Source of the DNA: Amoebidium appalachense
Taxonomy: Eukaryota; Protista; Ichthyosporea
Assembly: GCA_963693365.1 (NCBI GenBank)
Contig: CAVNZM010000004.1
Span: forward strand, 2,998,389 to 3,062,388
Direction of reading: 5' to 3'
DNA length: 64,000 bases
Made by a program: the position numbers and the translations under genes. Shown piece by piece: positions 25,606 to 39,001 of this stretch. Under the pieces are notes generated by a model. It was given only the letters and a program-made list of their open reading frames with translations, was not told where the DNA came from and made no database searches. Numbering within the stretch: the stretch's first letter is position 1; the number at the start of each line of letters is the position of its first letter.

Positions 25606-27216
25606 GAAGGCACGTACCAAGGCAGTCTACTGGGCAGCGAGTGGTCTCCATAAATGCCGTATCAACAAGCGCAGTCCCATTACAAGTGGCCCCACCATAC
25701 ATTTCGGTGCGAATGACATGGCGTTTTCTTGAAACTGATGCGGAGATGTTTGGCCCAGTTCCATCACAGAGATCAAGGATATTAGGCTCCCAACCAGCCC
25801 ACTCGGATATCTATTTTGGGCACACGAGTCAGTTAAACCATCAACATGGCACACACCCCAAACCTTCCGACAGAGGAAAAATGATCAAGTTAAGAGAATG
25901 GTTGCATGCAGATCCGTGCATGGCAGGCAAGGGGCATTGATCGATCAATTTAGGAGATAATGATCAACCTTTCCACCACATCATCCAGTACATAGGGCAA
26001 CTTCATAGCTCTCACAATCATGCACTCACCAGACAATCCACCGGACACTCCTGGTAGGTGCAAGTTGATGCATCTGAAGTAGATTCACACGGTGCCCCAC
26101 CGTTCAAGGGTGGGCGTGCAACACTCCGAGAGCGTAGGGCCGTACCACTGGCGACGGGTGTTTGACCATCACAGTAGTCTCTGGCCGAACACACCCACTC
26201 ACTCCAGCTTGAAAGCAGGCAGCTCACAGCACACTCACGGGTGCATGGGGCTTGCTCAACTAAGGGTGGGCACGGTACGCCACCATTCTCCACAGCGGTG
26301 ATGGCAACTCTTTGTCGGGTGATGTTGCCGACTACTTGAGGCTCGGCATCGTTGCAGGTTGCGGAGCAGGACGACCACCCCGACCATTCTGCCACCTGCA
26401 GGGGTAAGAGGAATTGCATGAGGCGTCGTTCAGCCAATCAAAACCCATCAAAAAGAATAGGTGAGAAGCTTATGCTTGTAAAATATAGAGCCATTTTTCC
26501 GTAATTGGTCTGTCCGATTTTGTTTGGCCATGCATACTACAACAACTAGGGGCACTGTACCTTGCAGTCAACGGGGCAGTCCGACACACTGCATGGTGCA
26601 TAATCTATCGTAGCCCCACATGGCTCGCCATCATTTTGAGGTGCCTGAGTGGTAGAACGAACTCGGTGCATGCGGCCATCAGCCGTCGCCGTAATCATGT
26701 TGCATTCAACAGCACAGGATGACCAATCACCCCATGGTGTTTGCTTGCAGTCTACAGGGCAGGTTACGTTGCATGACCGGCTCGCATCCAGAACGGGACA
26801 CGGCAGACCCCCATATGCGGCAGCACGTACAACAGGGCGGCTTCGCTGTTGCTGGCCTGTGCTAAACGGATCACTACCGCTGCATTGGGTGTTGCAGATG
26901 GACCAGTCACCCCAGGAAGAGACCTGTAAGGTACAGAGTGTAAGTAAACAGCGCATCCTATCTTTTACATAACCCCCTTCTTGTGTTGCTTCCTCAGCCA
27001 CTAACCTTTCATTTCGTATTGCTGAACCTATTTGTCAAATACATGCAACCGTGTATGTGTACATGTGCTCACGGCGCCAGCAGGAACCTAATGCAGGCAG
27101 GTGCAAGGGAGGGAGTGAGAGAAGGAGGGAGGGAGAGACCGGGGGAAAGAGGGACAAAAGGGCTCCAGAAGTGTAATGTCTTTTTTTCCCTTTCTTCTCG
27201 TGGAGGGGGGGGGGGG

Positions 27217-27251
<35 letters not shown>

Positions 27252-27352
27252 ACAGGGGAGGAAGGGTATGCGTGTGGAAAAGAGGAAGCGAGGAAAGGAA
27301 TCTGACATTATTTTTTTTTCCCCCTTCTCATTATGTTCGTGGGGATCAGGAA

Positions 27353-27385
<33 letters not shown>

Positions 27386-27514
27386 GGGGGGCAGGAGGAA
27401 CGAAAGAGGGACTGAGGGTAAGAAAATGTATTTTTGTTTTTTGTATTCATTTATTTTTCCTTTTCTTCTCTTTTGACGCGTTTGTGTTTTTTTTTTTTTC
27501 GTTTTTTTTTGTTT

Positions 27515-27599
<85 letters not shown>

Positions 27600-27896
27600 A
27601 AACTGGGGAGGAAGGGCACTTCTCTTTTGGCCCGTATGTGTGTGTGTGGTGGGGGGGGGGGGGGGGGGGGGGAGGGGGGGGGGGAGGGGGAGGGGGAGGG
27701 GCGGGGGGGGGGAGGGGGGAGGGGGGAGGGGGGGGGGGGGGGGGGGGGGGGAGGGAGGGGGGACTGAAGAGGAAGGGCAGGAGTGTGGTCGGGGTGCCGA
27801 ACCACGAACTGGGATGGAGACAAGCGAGGAGGGGAGGGGACAGGAGACCCCGGGAGGTGGGGATGGGATAAGCCAACTAAATTGGAGGGGGAGGGG

Positions 27897-27945
<49 letters not shown>

Positions 27946-29373
27946 GAAGGGGGGAGGAAGCCATACCAGGCAATCAACCGGGCACTCCGTAAACTCGCAA
28001 GTTTGGGTGCTGTAGAGGTCGGTTGGACATGCAGTTCCCCCGTTTGCGGCCGGAATCTTGATGTCCCTGGTCCGTACACTTGTGCCAAAGGACTCGGACA
28101 CATCGCCCGTGCAGCGTTTTGATGCATCACACGTCCAATTAGTCCATTCAGAAACAGCGCAATCGACCAGGCAGAGTGAAGTACATGGTCGCTCCTCTGC
28201 TTGAGTAGGGCATGCCTCCCCGCCATTGGCTGCTTGCACTTGCACAGGGCGTGTTCTGCTCTCTTGACCATCAGCCATAGGGGAAATACCGTCACAATAG
28301 CCCTGGGCAGTACACGAACCCCATTCTCCCCAATCAGCCACCTGTAAACACAGAGTCAGTAACCCAGCTCTTTGCTCAGTGTTGTCATGCAAAATAAAAA
28401 AACTACTTGCACAAGACCCAACAGCTCACCTTGCATGAAACCGGGCACAGGGTGTAGTTGCATGGTTGAATATCCAAAGTCTTAGGACACTCATCACCCC
28501 CATTCTGGCTTAGCCTAATGATCGGTCGTGTTCGCTGAACCTCCCCTGCAGCCCAAGAGGAAGTGTCTTTGCAGGATGCAGCACCGTTGCACACTGTCCA
28601 GTCACCCCATTGGCCGACAGCACACGACACTGGGCACTGGGCAAACACACACGCCTTGGTCTCCGAGGTGTCTAGGGGACATGACAGGCCTCCATTTGCA
28701 GGGGTCCGCACGACAACACGGTTCCGTACCTGCAAAGTTAAGAGATGTTAAACTCTCTAGCAAACACAAGTTACATGTACACTTCCTATAGGCAACTGCT
28801 GGATTCCAAGCCTCAATACAGGTAATGGAAAGGAGTATCAGCCTCCTCTCACGGACTCACCAGGGTATGGGATATACGAGAAGCAACCAAAAAGCTTTAC
28901 TAATCTTTATGAGAACACTACAAAATCGGATACGTTTCATACGTTTTTGGTTTCCCGCTATTTTTTTTGTTTTTGAAGAAGAGGCCGGGGGGGGGGGAGG
29001 GGGGAGGGGGGGGGGGGGGGAGGGGGGAGGGGGGAGAGGCAGAGGGGGGGCAGAGGGGGAAGTACGAAAGCATTCAGGTGCCGCAATACACAGGTGCTCA
29101 AAAAAAGCAGACTAGCTAAAGCAGATGAAAAATGGAACAATACCCGAAAGAGTGTGTGCGTGCATCTATTTCCCCAAGGGGGGAGATGATGGTGTGGGCT
29201 AAACGTGTTACAGAGTACGGAGTACACGTTCATTACTGACAACACAATATCAAATTGCAAAGCACACACAGAAGATTATGCATCATGGCAAGGGGCGGGG
29301 CAGGGGGAGGGGGGGGGGGGGGGGGGGGGGGATGGTAAGAAAAGGGTGGCCGGAAGGGGGAAGGGGGGAGGGG

Positions 29374-29425
<52 letters not shown>

Positions 29426-31325
29426 ATACCATAGAGCCATCGGTAGAAGGTGATGCGCCGTCACATGCTGACAAGTTGCGACATCCAGACCATGCAGTCC
29501 ATGTTGCTAGGCAGTTAACGGGGCACGTCACGTTGCAGGTCTGGGTGTCTGTCAAACCACCGCACTCGCTGCCGCCGTTTTGGTTTACCTTTGTGACAGA
29601 CCGTGTCCTTTGCCTTGTTCCCCAAGAAAGCGGGTGTACCCCATCACACGGCTCGGAGGCACATTCACCCCAACCTGACCATTCGGTTGCTTTACAGTCA
29701 ACCTTACAGTCATTCTCTAGACACGGTGTAACTCTAAGAAGAGCTGGACAGCCGTCCCCGTTATTTCTTGATGGTCGAATGACTGTCCGTGTCTCAGTCT
29801 GGAAGCCCAACACTGTGACCGTGGATGCATTCTCACACGTGGCGTTGCAAGGGCTTGACATAACCCAGTCTGAAACTAAACAGTCGACATTACACAACGA
29901 TGTTGTACATGAACGCCGCTCCATAACATCGCCGCATTTGCCTCCGTTTTGTTGGGGTGTTAGCACCACTCGCTGCCGTGTTTCGTCACCGGTGGCAAAG
30001 GGGGAAGACCCGTTGCAGTAGGTGGTGGCATCACATGACCACGAAGACCAGGGACCTAGCAAGGAATAAACAAATCAGCGTTAAATTTAGTTATATACAA
30101 AAGCCAAAGTACAGACTGTTCTTCTCAAACAACATCATTCCTTTTCACAAGAAACCCAGCACCTACACACCCTGCCCTCCTCAAGTAAACACGAACTAAG
30201 GATGCATAAGTGCGCACAGTTAGTTTTGCGCAAAAGCACACAGGTAGTGTTGCCCTTTAAATGCGAAGTCAAGGCAACTCAACTCCGACTTACCTAGTGA
30301 GCAGTCAACCGGACAAGGCTCAGTGTTGCAGACTTGGCTGGCAACAGAAGGACCTGCACACTCGATTCCTCCCCCTTGTGGTGGCGGATTCGTGCAGGTT
30401 CGTGTGCCCATGCGAACACCCGTGCCACAAGAAACAGAACACGAAGACCAGGAATACCCGGCCCACCCTCCGTCCACAGTCGCTCCACAGATTCGGTTAA
30501 CCAAGTTGCTGCTGATGCTGCGAATGGTGTTGAAGTCGTCCAGTTGATAAACACGACGGACATCACCGGCAATGGCAAACAGTGGGCTGTCGGTTGACTG
30601 TTGAGTTCCGGCAGACGAACGGCCCACACCAACAGCATACACATAGGCGTTGTTGGATGCAGCGTAGTTTGAGGCATTGACCACATCACTCAGCAGATTC
30701 TCACTGTTGGGAAGAGCCGCACTACCATCCGTCACTACTACAAGGATTTTGGCTGCTCCGACGCGCCCAGCCTGAAGAGCATCCACACCGACCCTAATGG
30801 AGTCTGCTATGTTGGTCCACCCTCCTTGAAAGGTGACCTCGCTAAGAGCGTTGCTGAATTGGCTGTAGCTTCCGCTGGCCAAAGAGGACAACCCAACAAC
30901 AACCGTGGCATTGGTGCTGAATGTAACCAGGCCGAGGAGGGTCTGCTGATCATTGATGTCCAGGAGGTTGGCCGTGGAAGACACAAAGCGCCGTGCCTCC
31001 TTGAAATTATACAGACCCATGCTACTGGAATAATCAAGGACGTAGACAACATCCGCGAACAGGTTGCATATGGCCGCTCCAGATTGGTCCTGGAAATACC
31101 ACATGAATAAGGTAAGTAAAGGTTGGGTGGCTATGTTTTAGACATCGCTGGTCTTAGAGGCTGTCATTAATCTACAAAATGGAAAAGGAGGAAGGGTAGT
31201 ACTTCTAGACTGCGGCAATGCCGGAGGCACAGGGTAAACAAAAGTATGTGTTTAGAGACAGGCCAGGGGGAGAAGTCACCGGCAACAGAAGGTATAAAGG
31301 AGAAGGGGTTAGGGCGGGCAGGGCG

Positions 31326-31359
<34 letters not shown>

Positions 31360-32323
31360 CACAGTGAGAAACGTAAAGAAGCAGAAAGAGGTACCCATAC
31401 CGGACAAGGATTGTTGTTGCACGGGCTAGTTGAAGTGTCCGAACCGATGCACAGAGCACCTCCATTTGCAGGTAACGGGTTCGTGCACGTTCGTGTTCCT
31501 GTCCTTGTTCCCGTACCGCATGATGCAGAACAGGCAACCCAGGAGAATTCACTCCAACCCCCGTCAATGGGAGACTCGCAGACCTTGGACACGAGTGAGC
31601 CAATGATCGTGCGGAGTGAATAGAAATCGGTTGCACGGAAAACTTGGGATGAAGAGCCTGCGATGTCTCGAAGCTCTTCATTGTCAATGCCGGAACCAAC
31701 CCCGATAGCGATAGTGGTAATACCGTTAGCTCTTGCACGTGCTGCGGTTAGAAGGGGCTTCTCTCCGTGTGTGTGCTGTCCGTCAGTTAAGACTATCATA
31801 ATACGCGGGGATGCCGGCCGGGTTGTGTTCAGTAGTTCGGCCATGGCAGCTTGAATGCCACAACTAGTGCATGTCCATCCTGCACCATAACTGTGGGAGA
31901 CTTAGTACATTTGAAAGGGACAAAAAAAATGGGAGAAAAAAGGAAGCACTTGTAACAGCAATGAACCGGGACATTCGGCATAAGAAGCAAGGGCAAGAAC
32001 AGAGTATAGGCTGGGGGGGGGGGGGGGGGGTCACTGTATATGCCCAAACAGGCTCTTGCAAAGGTATTCTTTGGTTATAAAGGAAGTGTTCCAGAAATCT
32101 AGGACGGCCGTCATACTACGAATGGATTGCAGGGGATAATAGAGGGGAGTATTGAACAGAAGATAGAACGAAAACAAATTCCTTCTTCGTGACGGGCTCA
32201 TCCGGGGGCCCCCGGGGGGGGGGGGGAGATGAACCCTGGTGGGTAGAAAGTAGGTATCCAAAACGGGGGGGAGGGGGGGAGGGGGGGAGGGGAGGGGGGG
32301 GGGGGGGGGGGGGGGGAGGGGGG

Positions 32324-32362
<39 letters not shown>

Positions 32363-33292
32363 CAATCGGGCATTCGCAAACTTTACCTGAGAGACGAAAT
32401 TTTCGAAAGTAGTTGGGGTCGATTGTAGCTCACAGATTTGCGGAGGCTGATGTCCACGGTAGCTGCTGTCCCAAACCGCACAACACCCACACGTGCGGAA
32501 TTTTGGGACACATCCAGAAAACTAGTTACGTTAGCAACAAAGGTTTTGATTAATCTAAAGTTTGAAAGCTGTATACTACCGGACTCATCCAGCACAAACA
32601 TGAAGTTCGCAGGCATATAGCAATTACTCGACGGGCATATTATGCTAAGGGCTAAAGCGGGAAGAGAGGGAATGTTGCTAAGATCAATTGGAATGTAAGA
32701 AGTGGGTTTAGAGGCAATTCGCAGAAGGGCTGGACTATCATAACCAACTCCGACCACAATGACAGTGGCATCAGCCTGGGCCGCAACAGCAGTAGCCACA
32801 ACGGCCTCGATGTTATTAAACCCCTCCGTCTGCACCGCGAGAAGGAACTTCCTTGAGCCGGCGCGACCATTGCGTCGAAGCAAGTCCTTTGCAGTACCAA
32901 TGCCTAGGCCGCTCTTGTCGAGGGTGGGCTGCTGGTGCTGCAGGGCCCGGATGGTTGCAGCTACAGCCGACGGGTCTGCTGCAGTTTGAGAGTTGAGGTC
33001 CACCACAACTCTTGCAGTTGCTCCACCGGAATAGGAGACTACGGCCACATGAGCATCATCCGGTCCAACCCGCAGCTGTGCCACTAAAGCTGAAAGGGCA
33101 TCTTGCACCTGCAAAAAGGTAACCCGTGTTAATGCAGTAAGGTGAACCGTGATGTTGCAGGACTAAGCCCGGTTATTTTTTTTTTGTTTCCTAAAGCACA
33201 CGCAAGTATGGAAAAGCAATGCATAGGAGGGGCTAAGACACGAAGAAAGCGGGAGAGGTGGGCAGAGAAGGAGCGAAAAAGAAAAAAGCCGG

Positions 33293-33325
<33 letters not shown>

Positions 33326-33625
33326 AACCTGCTCAAAGACGCTCGCTGAGCTTGTGGAGGGATCTAGGACGATGACCAAATCCATGGCACCCGACGGGCA
33401 GGTGTAGGCGAAGAATATGTCGCTAGATGCAGGCGAGTAAACTACGTTGAAGGCATCCCGACGGTTGAGGCCCCTTGACAGATCACTTGCTTGTGGGGTT
33501 GTCTCCTCGGCAGCCGTCGAGCAGCAACTGAAGAAGACCACCGCTAACAGAAGACACAACCAAGGAAAACACCTAACAGGATTAATGCCAGACAGCCGCC
33601 ATGGCTGCCTAGAATTAGGCCCCAT
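1..33625 (-). CDS. Giant secreted/surface VWA + thrombospondin type-1 repeat protein (SP-VWA-VWA-TSP1-VWA-TSP1-[TSP1]n); multi-exon, 3' end outside window
   Basis: The ATG at 33625 is followed by the hydrophobic signal CFPWLCLLLAVVFFSCCSTA. Phase-consistent GT-AG exons: 33329-33625, 32387-33108, 31401-31890, 30294-31089, 29430-30055, 28430-28729, 27967-28341, 26561-26923, 26030-26395, 25618-25810, 24891-25057, 24367-24558, 23188-24096, 22080-22604, 21639-21834, 20440-21380, then the repeated six-exon blocks down to position 1. About 21.8 kb is coding (~7,260 aa), with roughly 95 WxxW-C...R.R...P.NGG..CP.L...C repeats by hand count. Continuity across 21056-21310 is uncertain. Confidence 0.85.
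3626..9355 (-). CDS. Complete repeat block, with an apparent 1-bp frameshift in a G run at 8888-8893
   Basis: Exons 8478-9355, 8028-8263, 7201-7789, 5367-6806, 4541-5033, 3626-4206. The run is G6 here and G7 in the other three copies. Confidence 0.82.
9598..15334 (-). CDS. Complete repeat block: 6 exons, 4218 nt = 1406 aa (20 TSP1 + ~200-aa spacer domain)
   Basis: Exons 14456-15334 (879 nt), 14006-14241 (236), 13184-13772 (589), 11349-12788 (1440), 10515-11007 (493), 9598-10178 (581). Intron phases are 0,2,0,0,1,0. Confidence 0.88.
15578..21055 (-). CDS. Repeat block nearest the unique region (5'-partial): TSP1 array exons
   Basis: Exons 20440-(21055), 19991-20226, 19161-19749, 17340-18779, 16504-16996, 15578-16158; GT-AG boundaries and phases fit. 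Confidence 0.85.
22795..23010. repeat. (GGGT)n/(GGGA)n microsatellite block in an intron
   Basis: Direct reading. Confidence 0.9.
30480..33390 (-). other. Three von Willebrand factor A domains of the giant protein
   Basis: VWA1: DLVIVLDPSTS...VAVVSYS...QTEG...VIVVGVG. VWA2: NFMFVLDESGSI...VGVVRFG...GWT...IVLTDG...IAIGVG. VWA3: DVVYVLDYSSSMG...LGLVTFS...GGWTN...VVVTDG...YAVGVG. All three carry the DxSxS MIDAS motif; VWA1 has E in place of the TDG aspartate. Confidence 0.9.
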
Positions 33626-35144
33626 GTTTGGACCTGCTCAGAAAGCCGTTGATTTTGGTTGATTTCGTGTCGTCGTGCTCATTGCACAAAACGAGAAAAG
33701 GAAGACGACAGGTGTGTTTTAACAAATTTACGCTTACAGCGGCGTTTTTCTCTCTAAGCCAGAAACAGCACTTTTTCACGTGGCCAAGCCAATTAGGTTA
33801 TGATCGATTAAACAATCAGAGCCCCCGCACAGGTTTTGATATGTTTTTCGTGTGACTTGGTCACTTGAAAAGTGCCGTGAAGGCTTCTCGCGCCATTTTC
33901 GTGTGGTTTTATACGTCCCTGGGCTCCACCGCCTCGGAATTTTCGTCGTTTTAATTGGACAAAATTGCATCTATTTTTCTCCATAGATAGTAACTTTATT
34001 TTTCACTCTGGAAGTGGGGTAAAATAGCCGAGCAAGTTAATGGAAAGACTCCTGTTTGCAAGCTTGCCGACCTATGTACGCATGCCGCTGAGGGTGCAGT
34101 CCCGTTTGAATTTGTCAAATTTGAAAGCCATAATGAGGCTGAAAAATAGCGCGCAATAATTATCAGTGATTTTGAGAGAATATGAATGAAAAATGCGGTA
34201 TAAAATTTGTGATTTCATCACAACAAATCTGTAAATACACAGCGGAAAGTACATTGGCACTAGGACCGTAGGCCCACGGGGCACGGCCCACGGGCCATGG
34301 TTAGAGGATGTGATTGACAAATGTTTACCCTCCTTCAATAGAGCCCCACGCCCAATCGAATGTCTCAAACAGATGCAGGTTGCGTGCCTATGCGAATATT
34401 CCGAGGTGCTCACACCTTCTCTTGTGGCTTCCACATGAGAAAACTGGCGGTTCCATGGTGGGCATCATGGCGTATGGTTTCTCTGGTATGCCAAACCGAG
34501 CCTCAGCGGACTTTTCCTTGAATTTTCACATCAATACGCTGGCAAGCTATGCTTGCATAACCGCAGCGATGTTGCTCTCCCCATTCTTTGTTAGCTTTCC
34601 CCGCGAGTCATGCATTCTGAGTAGAATTCTGAGTAGGCCTATGTACATGAGCATTCAATCGGGCTGGGCTGCACAGGCAGCATAGTTGGAGGCATACCAA
34701 AATAATTCCTTGCTCCCCGTCCCTCCCCTCCCCACCCCATCCCTCCCTCCCCCCCCCCTCCCCCATCCCCCCCGCACACACACACACAAACACACACATC
34801 CACGTACACGATCAAAAAAGGCACGTTCAGCCACATACACATGACTTGAACTTCCACACACGCGCCATCGCGCGCGAACACACACCAAGAACGCACGCAC
34901 GCATACACACACGCACGCACGCACGCACACGCTCATGCACACACACACGCACACGCACACGCACACACACACACAGACACACCATGACACTTGGCAAGCA
35001 CCACATATCTGCACGGCACGGGTGTGGAGAACACGACTTGTCCTTGATCTACATGTATGTTTATAAACCAATCCCACTTCTTCCCCCCCCCCTCCCCCGC
35101 CTCCCTCCCCCCCCCCCCCCCCCCCCGCCCCCGTCCCCCCCCCT

Positions 35145-35258
<114 letters not shown>

Positions 35259-36373
35259 AAATTCTTCCAGTCTTACCACAAAGTTTTTTTTGCTTGCAGC
35301 CGAGGCACGTCTCGTCTTTCGGGCGCTCATGATCACTCCCGAGTGTGTGTGGCAGATTCCCTCCTAGGGTCTCTCTCCCTGAGAAAACATGCCCTTCAAG
35401 CCAACAAATATTATACGCATTTTGCACATACTTAATTCAATATTACGAGAGTTCTATTAGTAAGCACCCGTCGCTCTGGGGAGCTATCTGGATAGAACCA
35501 ATGTTAGATGCTTGGCGACCCTCCCTCTCCACCCACTCCCCCCCCCCCCCCCCATACCTCTCGCCCCCACCTCCACCCCCCACCTCCACCCCCCCGCGCG
35601 CGCATACACACACACGCACGTACGCACGCACAGCACCCCTAACTCCATAAAAAGGTTATCCCCCCTCATATACCGTAACGCACGCACGCACGCACACACG
35701 CACACGCACACATGCACACACGCACGTACACACAAACACACACACACACACACAAGCACTACACGCACAAACATGTGCACGCGCGCGCGCGAACGCGTGC
35801 GTGCCCGCACTTGCACCTGTGCCCCGCACCGTCCTGCAGCTGCAACTAATATTACCACACCTGATCCTAAGGGTGTGGCAAATGTTGTAAGGCGTTCAAC
35901 ATGCTATTTATGACCAAAAAGAGAAGGCACAGGTTTGCCATGATGCATTTACGTTTGCAGTGTGTGTTGAGCTGTTGTAGCCTGATGTTTGGTGAGCGTG
36001 ACAAACTGTGCACACGTGCACGTGTGGGGGCCGGCGGGCATCGATATCGCCACCGGTACCGTTGCCGCTGCGAACGCGAGTCTGAGGCTCCGCAGTGCCT
36101 GAGAGACCGCTCAAGTAGAGTCTATGAGCCATTTTTACGCAATATCAGATCTATTGAATCTATTTGTCGTTGGTGATTGGCTGACTGCTCCTCGAAAACC
36201 TCGGGAGTCGGGAACTTCAAGAAGGACAGAGTCAGTCTATTCACGAGCTTTGCGCACACAGGCGACGAGAGCTCCTAGTAGCAGGAAGAACCGGCGGGAC
36301 CATGGGAGAATAGAGAGAGCAGCGTTCTTAGCCATCAAGTGTTAGGCCTAAGACAGAGTAGGCGCCTTTAAAT

Positions 36374-37779
36374 ATGGCGCGTAAGCTCGTATCTAATAGC
36401 TGCTCTGGGTTCCAAATAGAGCACGAGGAGCGCCTGGTGCAACAAGGGATCCAGTGGAGTGCAGTCAAGAGCGGCACCACTCCTGCACATGTTCTATGGG
36501 AAGCAACCCACCCACGGAGGCCGATTAGGTGGGTATTTTGGGTATTTGTGCATGCAGCCTTTTGCACTGTGAATTAAAGTGGGCGGTTAAGTTGCTTTCG
36601 CTGTCAACGGCTAGGTGTGGGGTGTGGGGAGTGCTTCCCCAGCAGTGTGGTGACTGAGCTCCTAGATTGCGGTGCTGAGTGCCTTTGAGTGGAGTAAAAA
36701 GTAGAGCCGTTGCAGCACGCGCACAGCCCTTGCGTTCCCACACGCGTTCATGCACACATCACTTTCCTGCACAAACATACGTGACAACTTATCCGATCGG
36801 ATAAGTACGTGTAGACATGCACGACACATGACACGACAATCGAAAAGGCACTCAGAGCTTACTGGTAATTGGATGAGCAGACCGTCACCAGTGTCCAGGC
36901 CAGCCTCAGTAGGCTCTAGTCCAGTGGGCCGGCTGTGTTGGAGTCCGCCCAGCTCTGCCGTGTCCTACCCCCTGCACGGCTCACGGAGCGCACATTTTTC
37001 CACGAGCCTAGAAAGTGAGCTCGGGGCGGAGGAGGGAGAAGCAGTTCTTGAAGACGTAGCCCTGGCCGGCCACAGTGATGGGCCGGCACCGACACCCCGG
37101 CCCACCCTTAGCGATGCATTGCAGCAACAGTTTGACTTGGAGGCCCAGGCCCAGGCAGTAAGGGTGCGCCCGGCCAGCACCGGCACGACACAAGCACCAG
37201 CCCCAGTGACTGCTGTGCTGCGCATGCGCCTGTTTATGGTCTTCAGAGACAGTGCACAGACTGACGTGTGCTGGCTGGCCGTAACGACAGACACTGTGCA
37301 GCTGCTTAACATCGACACACAGGCCACAATATCGTCCTGGCGGCTCGAAACGGTGGGTGGTGCCTGTGCTGAGGGTGGGAGATGGGATGCTTTCCTTAAG
37401 AGCACGTGTCTAGCTGGGCATGAAGTGCCTTTGAAACGACAAGCACTGATGCATGGGTGCCGCGGGGCAGGTACATTCGTGGTTTCGGGCAGGGCAGCAG
37501 GTTAAGCTGCTGCTTCCTTCGGCCAACCTCACTGTGACCGTGTTTACGCCCGAGGCTGCTGCCGTAGTAGAGGCCCTAGAGACGGCAGCACGTGAAAGGC
37601 GCAGGCTGGCAATGGCAGGTGAGGGTCTGGCCTGTGTGGGCAGGCGGGTGTGGGTGTGTGTGTGTCTTGGGGGAGGGGGAGGGGGGAGGGGGGAGAGAGT
37701 GACGTGTGTGTATCCGCGCGCGTGCGCATGTGTGTTTCGTTGTGATATGTTTATGCTTTTTTTTTGTTTGTTTTTCTTT

Positions 37780-37818
<39 letters not shown>

Positions 37819-38179
37819 AGGGAGGGGTGGGGGGCGACTAGACAAGGGAAGGACAAAGTATATGTGTGTATAGATACACCCATGATGTATTGTTGAAGAA
37901 AGAGGGAAGTCAGGTGTTGGCTGACAAGGTTCTTGGGATTTAATGATATACATGGCTTTTTCTGCTCAACCACACATCAAACCCCCCCCCTCCCCCCCCC
38001 CCTCCCCCCTCCCCCCGCCGCCGCCGCCCCCTCCTCTCTCTCTCTCTCCCCCCCCCCCCTCCCTCCCAGAACCTGCCTCCACCACAAGCCCCTTACCTAC
38101 CTTGCCATCAAAATCAAGAACATATTTTCTTTTTTGTGCTTTTTGTCCTCTGTGTTGACCTTTTCACCTATTAGGATGA
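36374..38179 (+). CDS. Hypothetical ~259-aa protein: S/P-rich disordered N-terminus plus C-terminal PH/PTB-like domain
   Basis: Phase-compatible exons 36374-36528, 36881-37352, 37471-37618, 38175-38179. The stretch CWLAVTTDTVQLLNIDTQATISSWRLETVHSW...VKLLL...TVFTPEAAAVVEALETAARERR has a strand-rich pattern ending in a helix, as in PH/IRS-PTB folds. The first and last exons are less certain; an alternative ATG lies at 36873. Confidence 0.6.
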
Positions 38180-38457
38180 TTCACCGACGGGAATTTCCAC
38201 CTTATAATGTTGGTGTGGGGGTCACGGTGGAGCCTGACTGACTCAACCCCTGTGATTCTCGTTGCCTGTGCATAGGGATTGACTGGCTGAGATTATACTT
38301 ACACTATACTGCTTTGTAGGTGGGGCCTCGCCTCCCGGCTCAACACGATACGGCACATCTGGGATGATGCCGTTTCCATTCCCATGACCCTTGCCAGCAT
38401 TATGCACAGGATGGCATGCGGGTGTCTGTATGGTTGCTTCACTAATGCCCCCCTCCC

Positions 38458-38496
<39 letters not shown>

Positions 38497-38912
38497 GGGG
38501 GGGGGGGGAGGGGGGGGGGGGGGAGGACCAAAAAAAGAGAAATCAACCCCAACCCCCTTTCCAAGCCTCTGCTGGATAGAGTCTCGCTTTCTATTGGGAA
38601 CTTCTGGGCAATGGGGTATGGAGGGATTCCACCCGATCATAGAGCCTTATCTTGGCTAATAACACTCGGATATTAAGACACTGCTGGCTCTTTTTAATTT
38701 GGTTTTATGAATGATTTTAGCAGAGCCGGGTAATTCGTTTACAGGCATGTGGGTCGTTGACTTGTGGGCCTGATTGACTGTGCCATAGTCTACTGCAACC
38801 GAGGCTACCATTTTGAGAGCCATCGAAACTGTTGATTTGGGGTAGGGGGAATATTTTTCTGGTGACAAGTAAACGTCCTCCTTTCATTGTGTTCCGCTAG
38901 AAAGGCACACAC

Positions 38913-39001
<89 letters not shown>

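Noticed and set aside
26983-28122. Poly-Gly/Pro/Phe ORFs (extensin- or formin-like)
   Set aside because: They are translations of intronic G/C/T homopolymers. The same applies to the VC/HT/ER/LS dipeptide ORFs over microsatellites.
34072-34685. Complex-looking sequence upstream of the adhesin as a gene or transposase relic
   Set aside because: Short ORFs with stops, no recognisable motif and no consistent splice structure.
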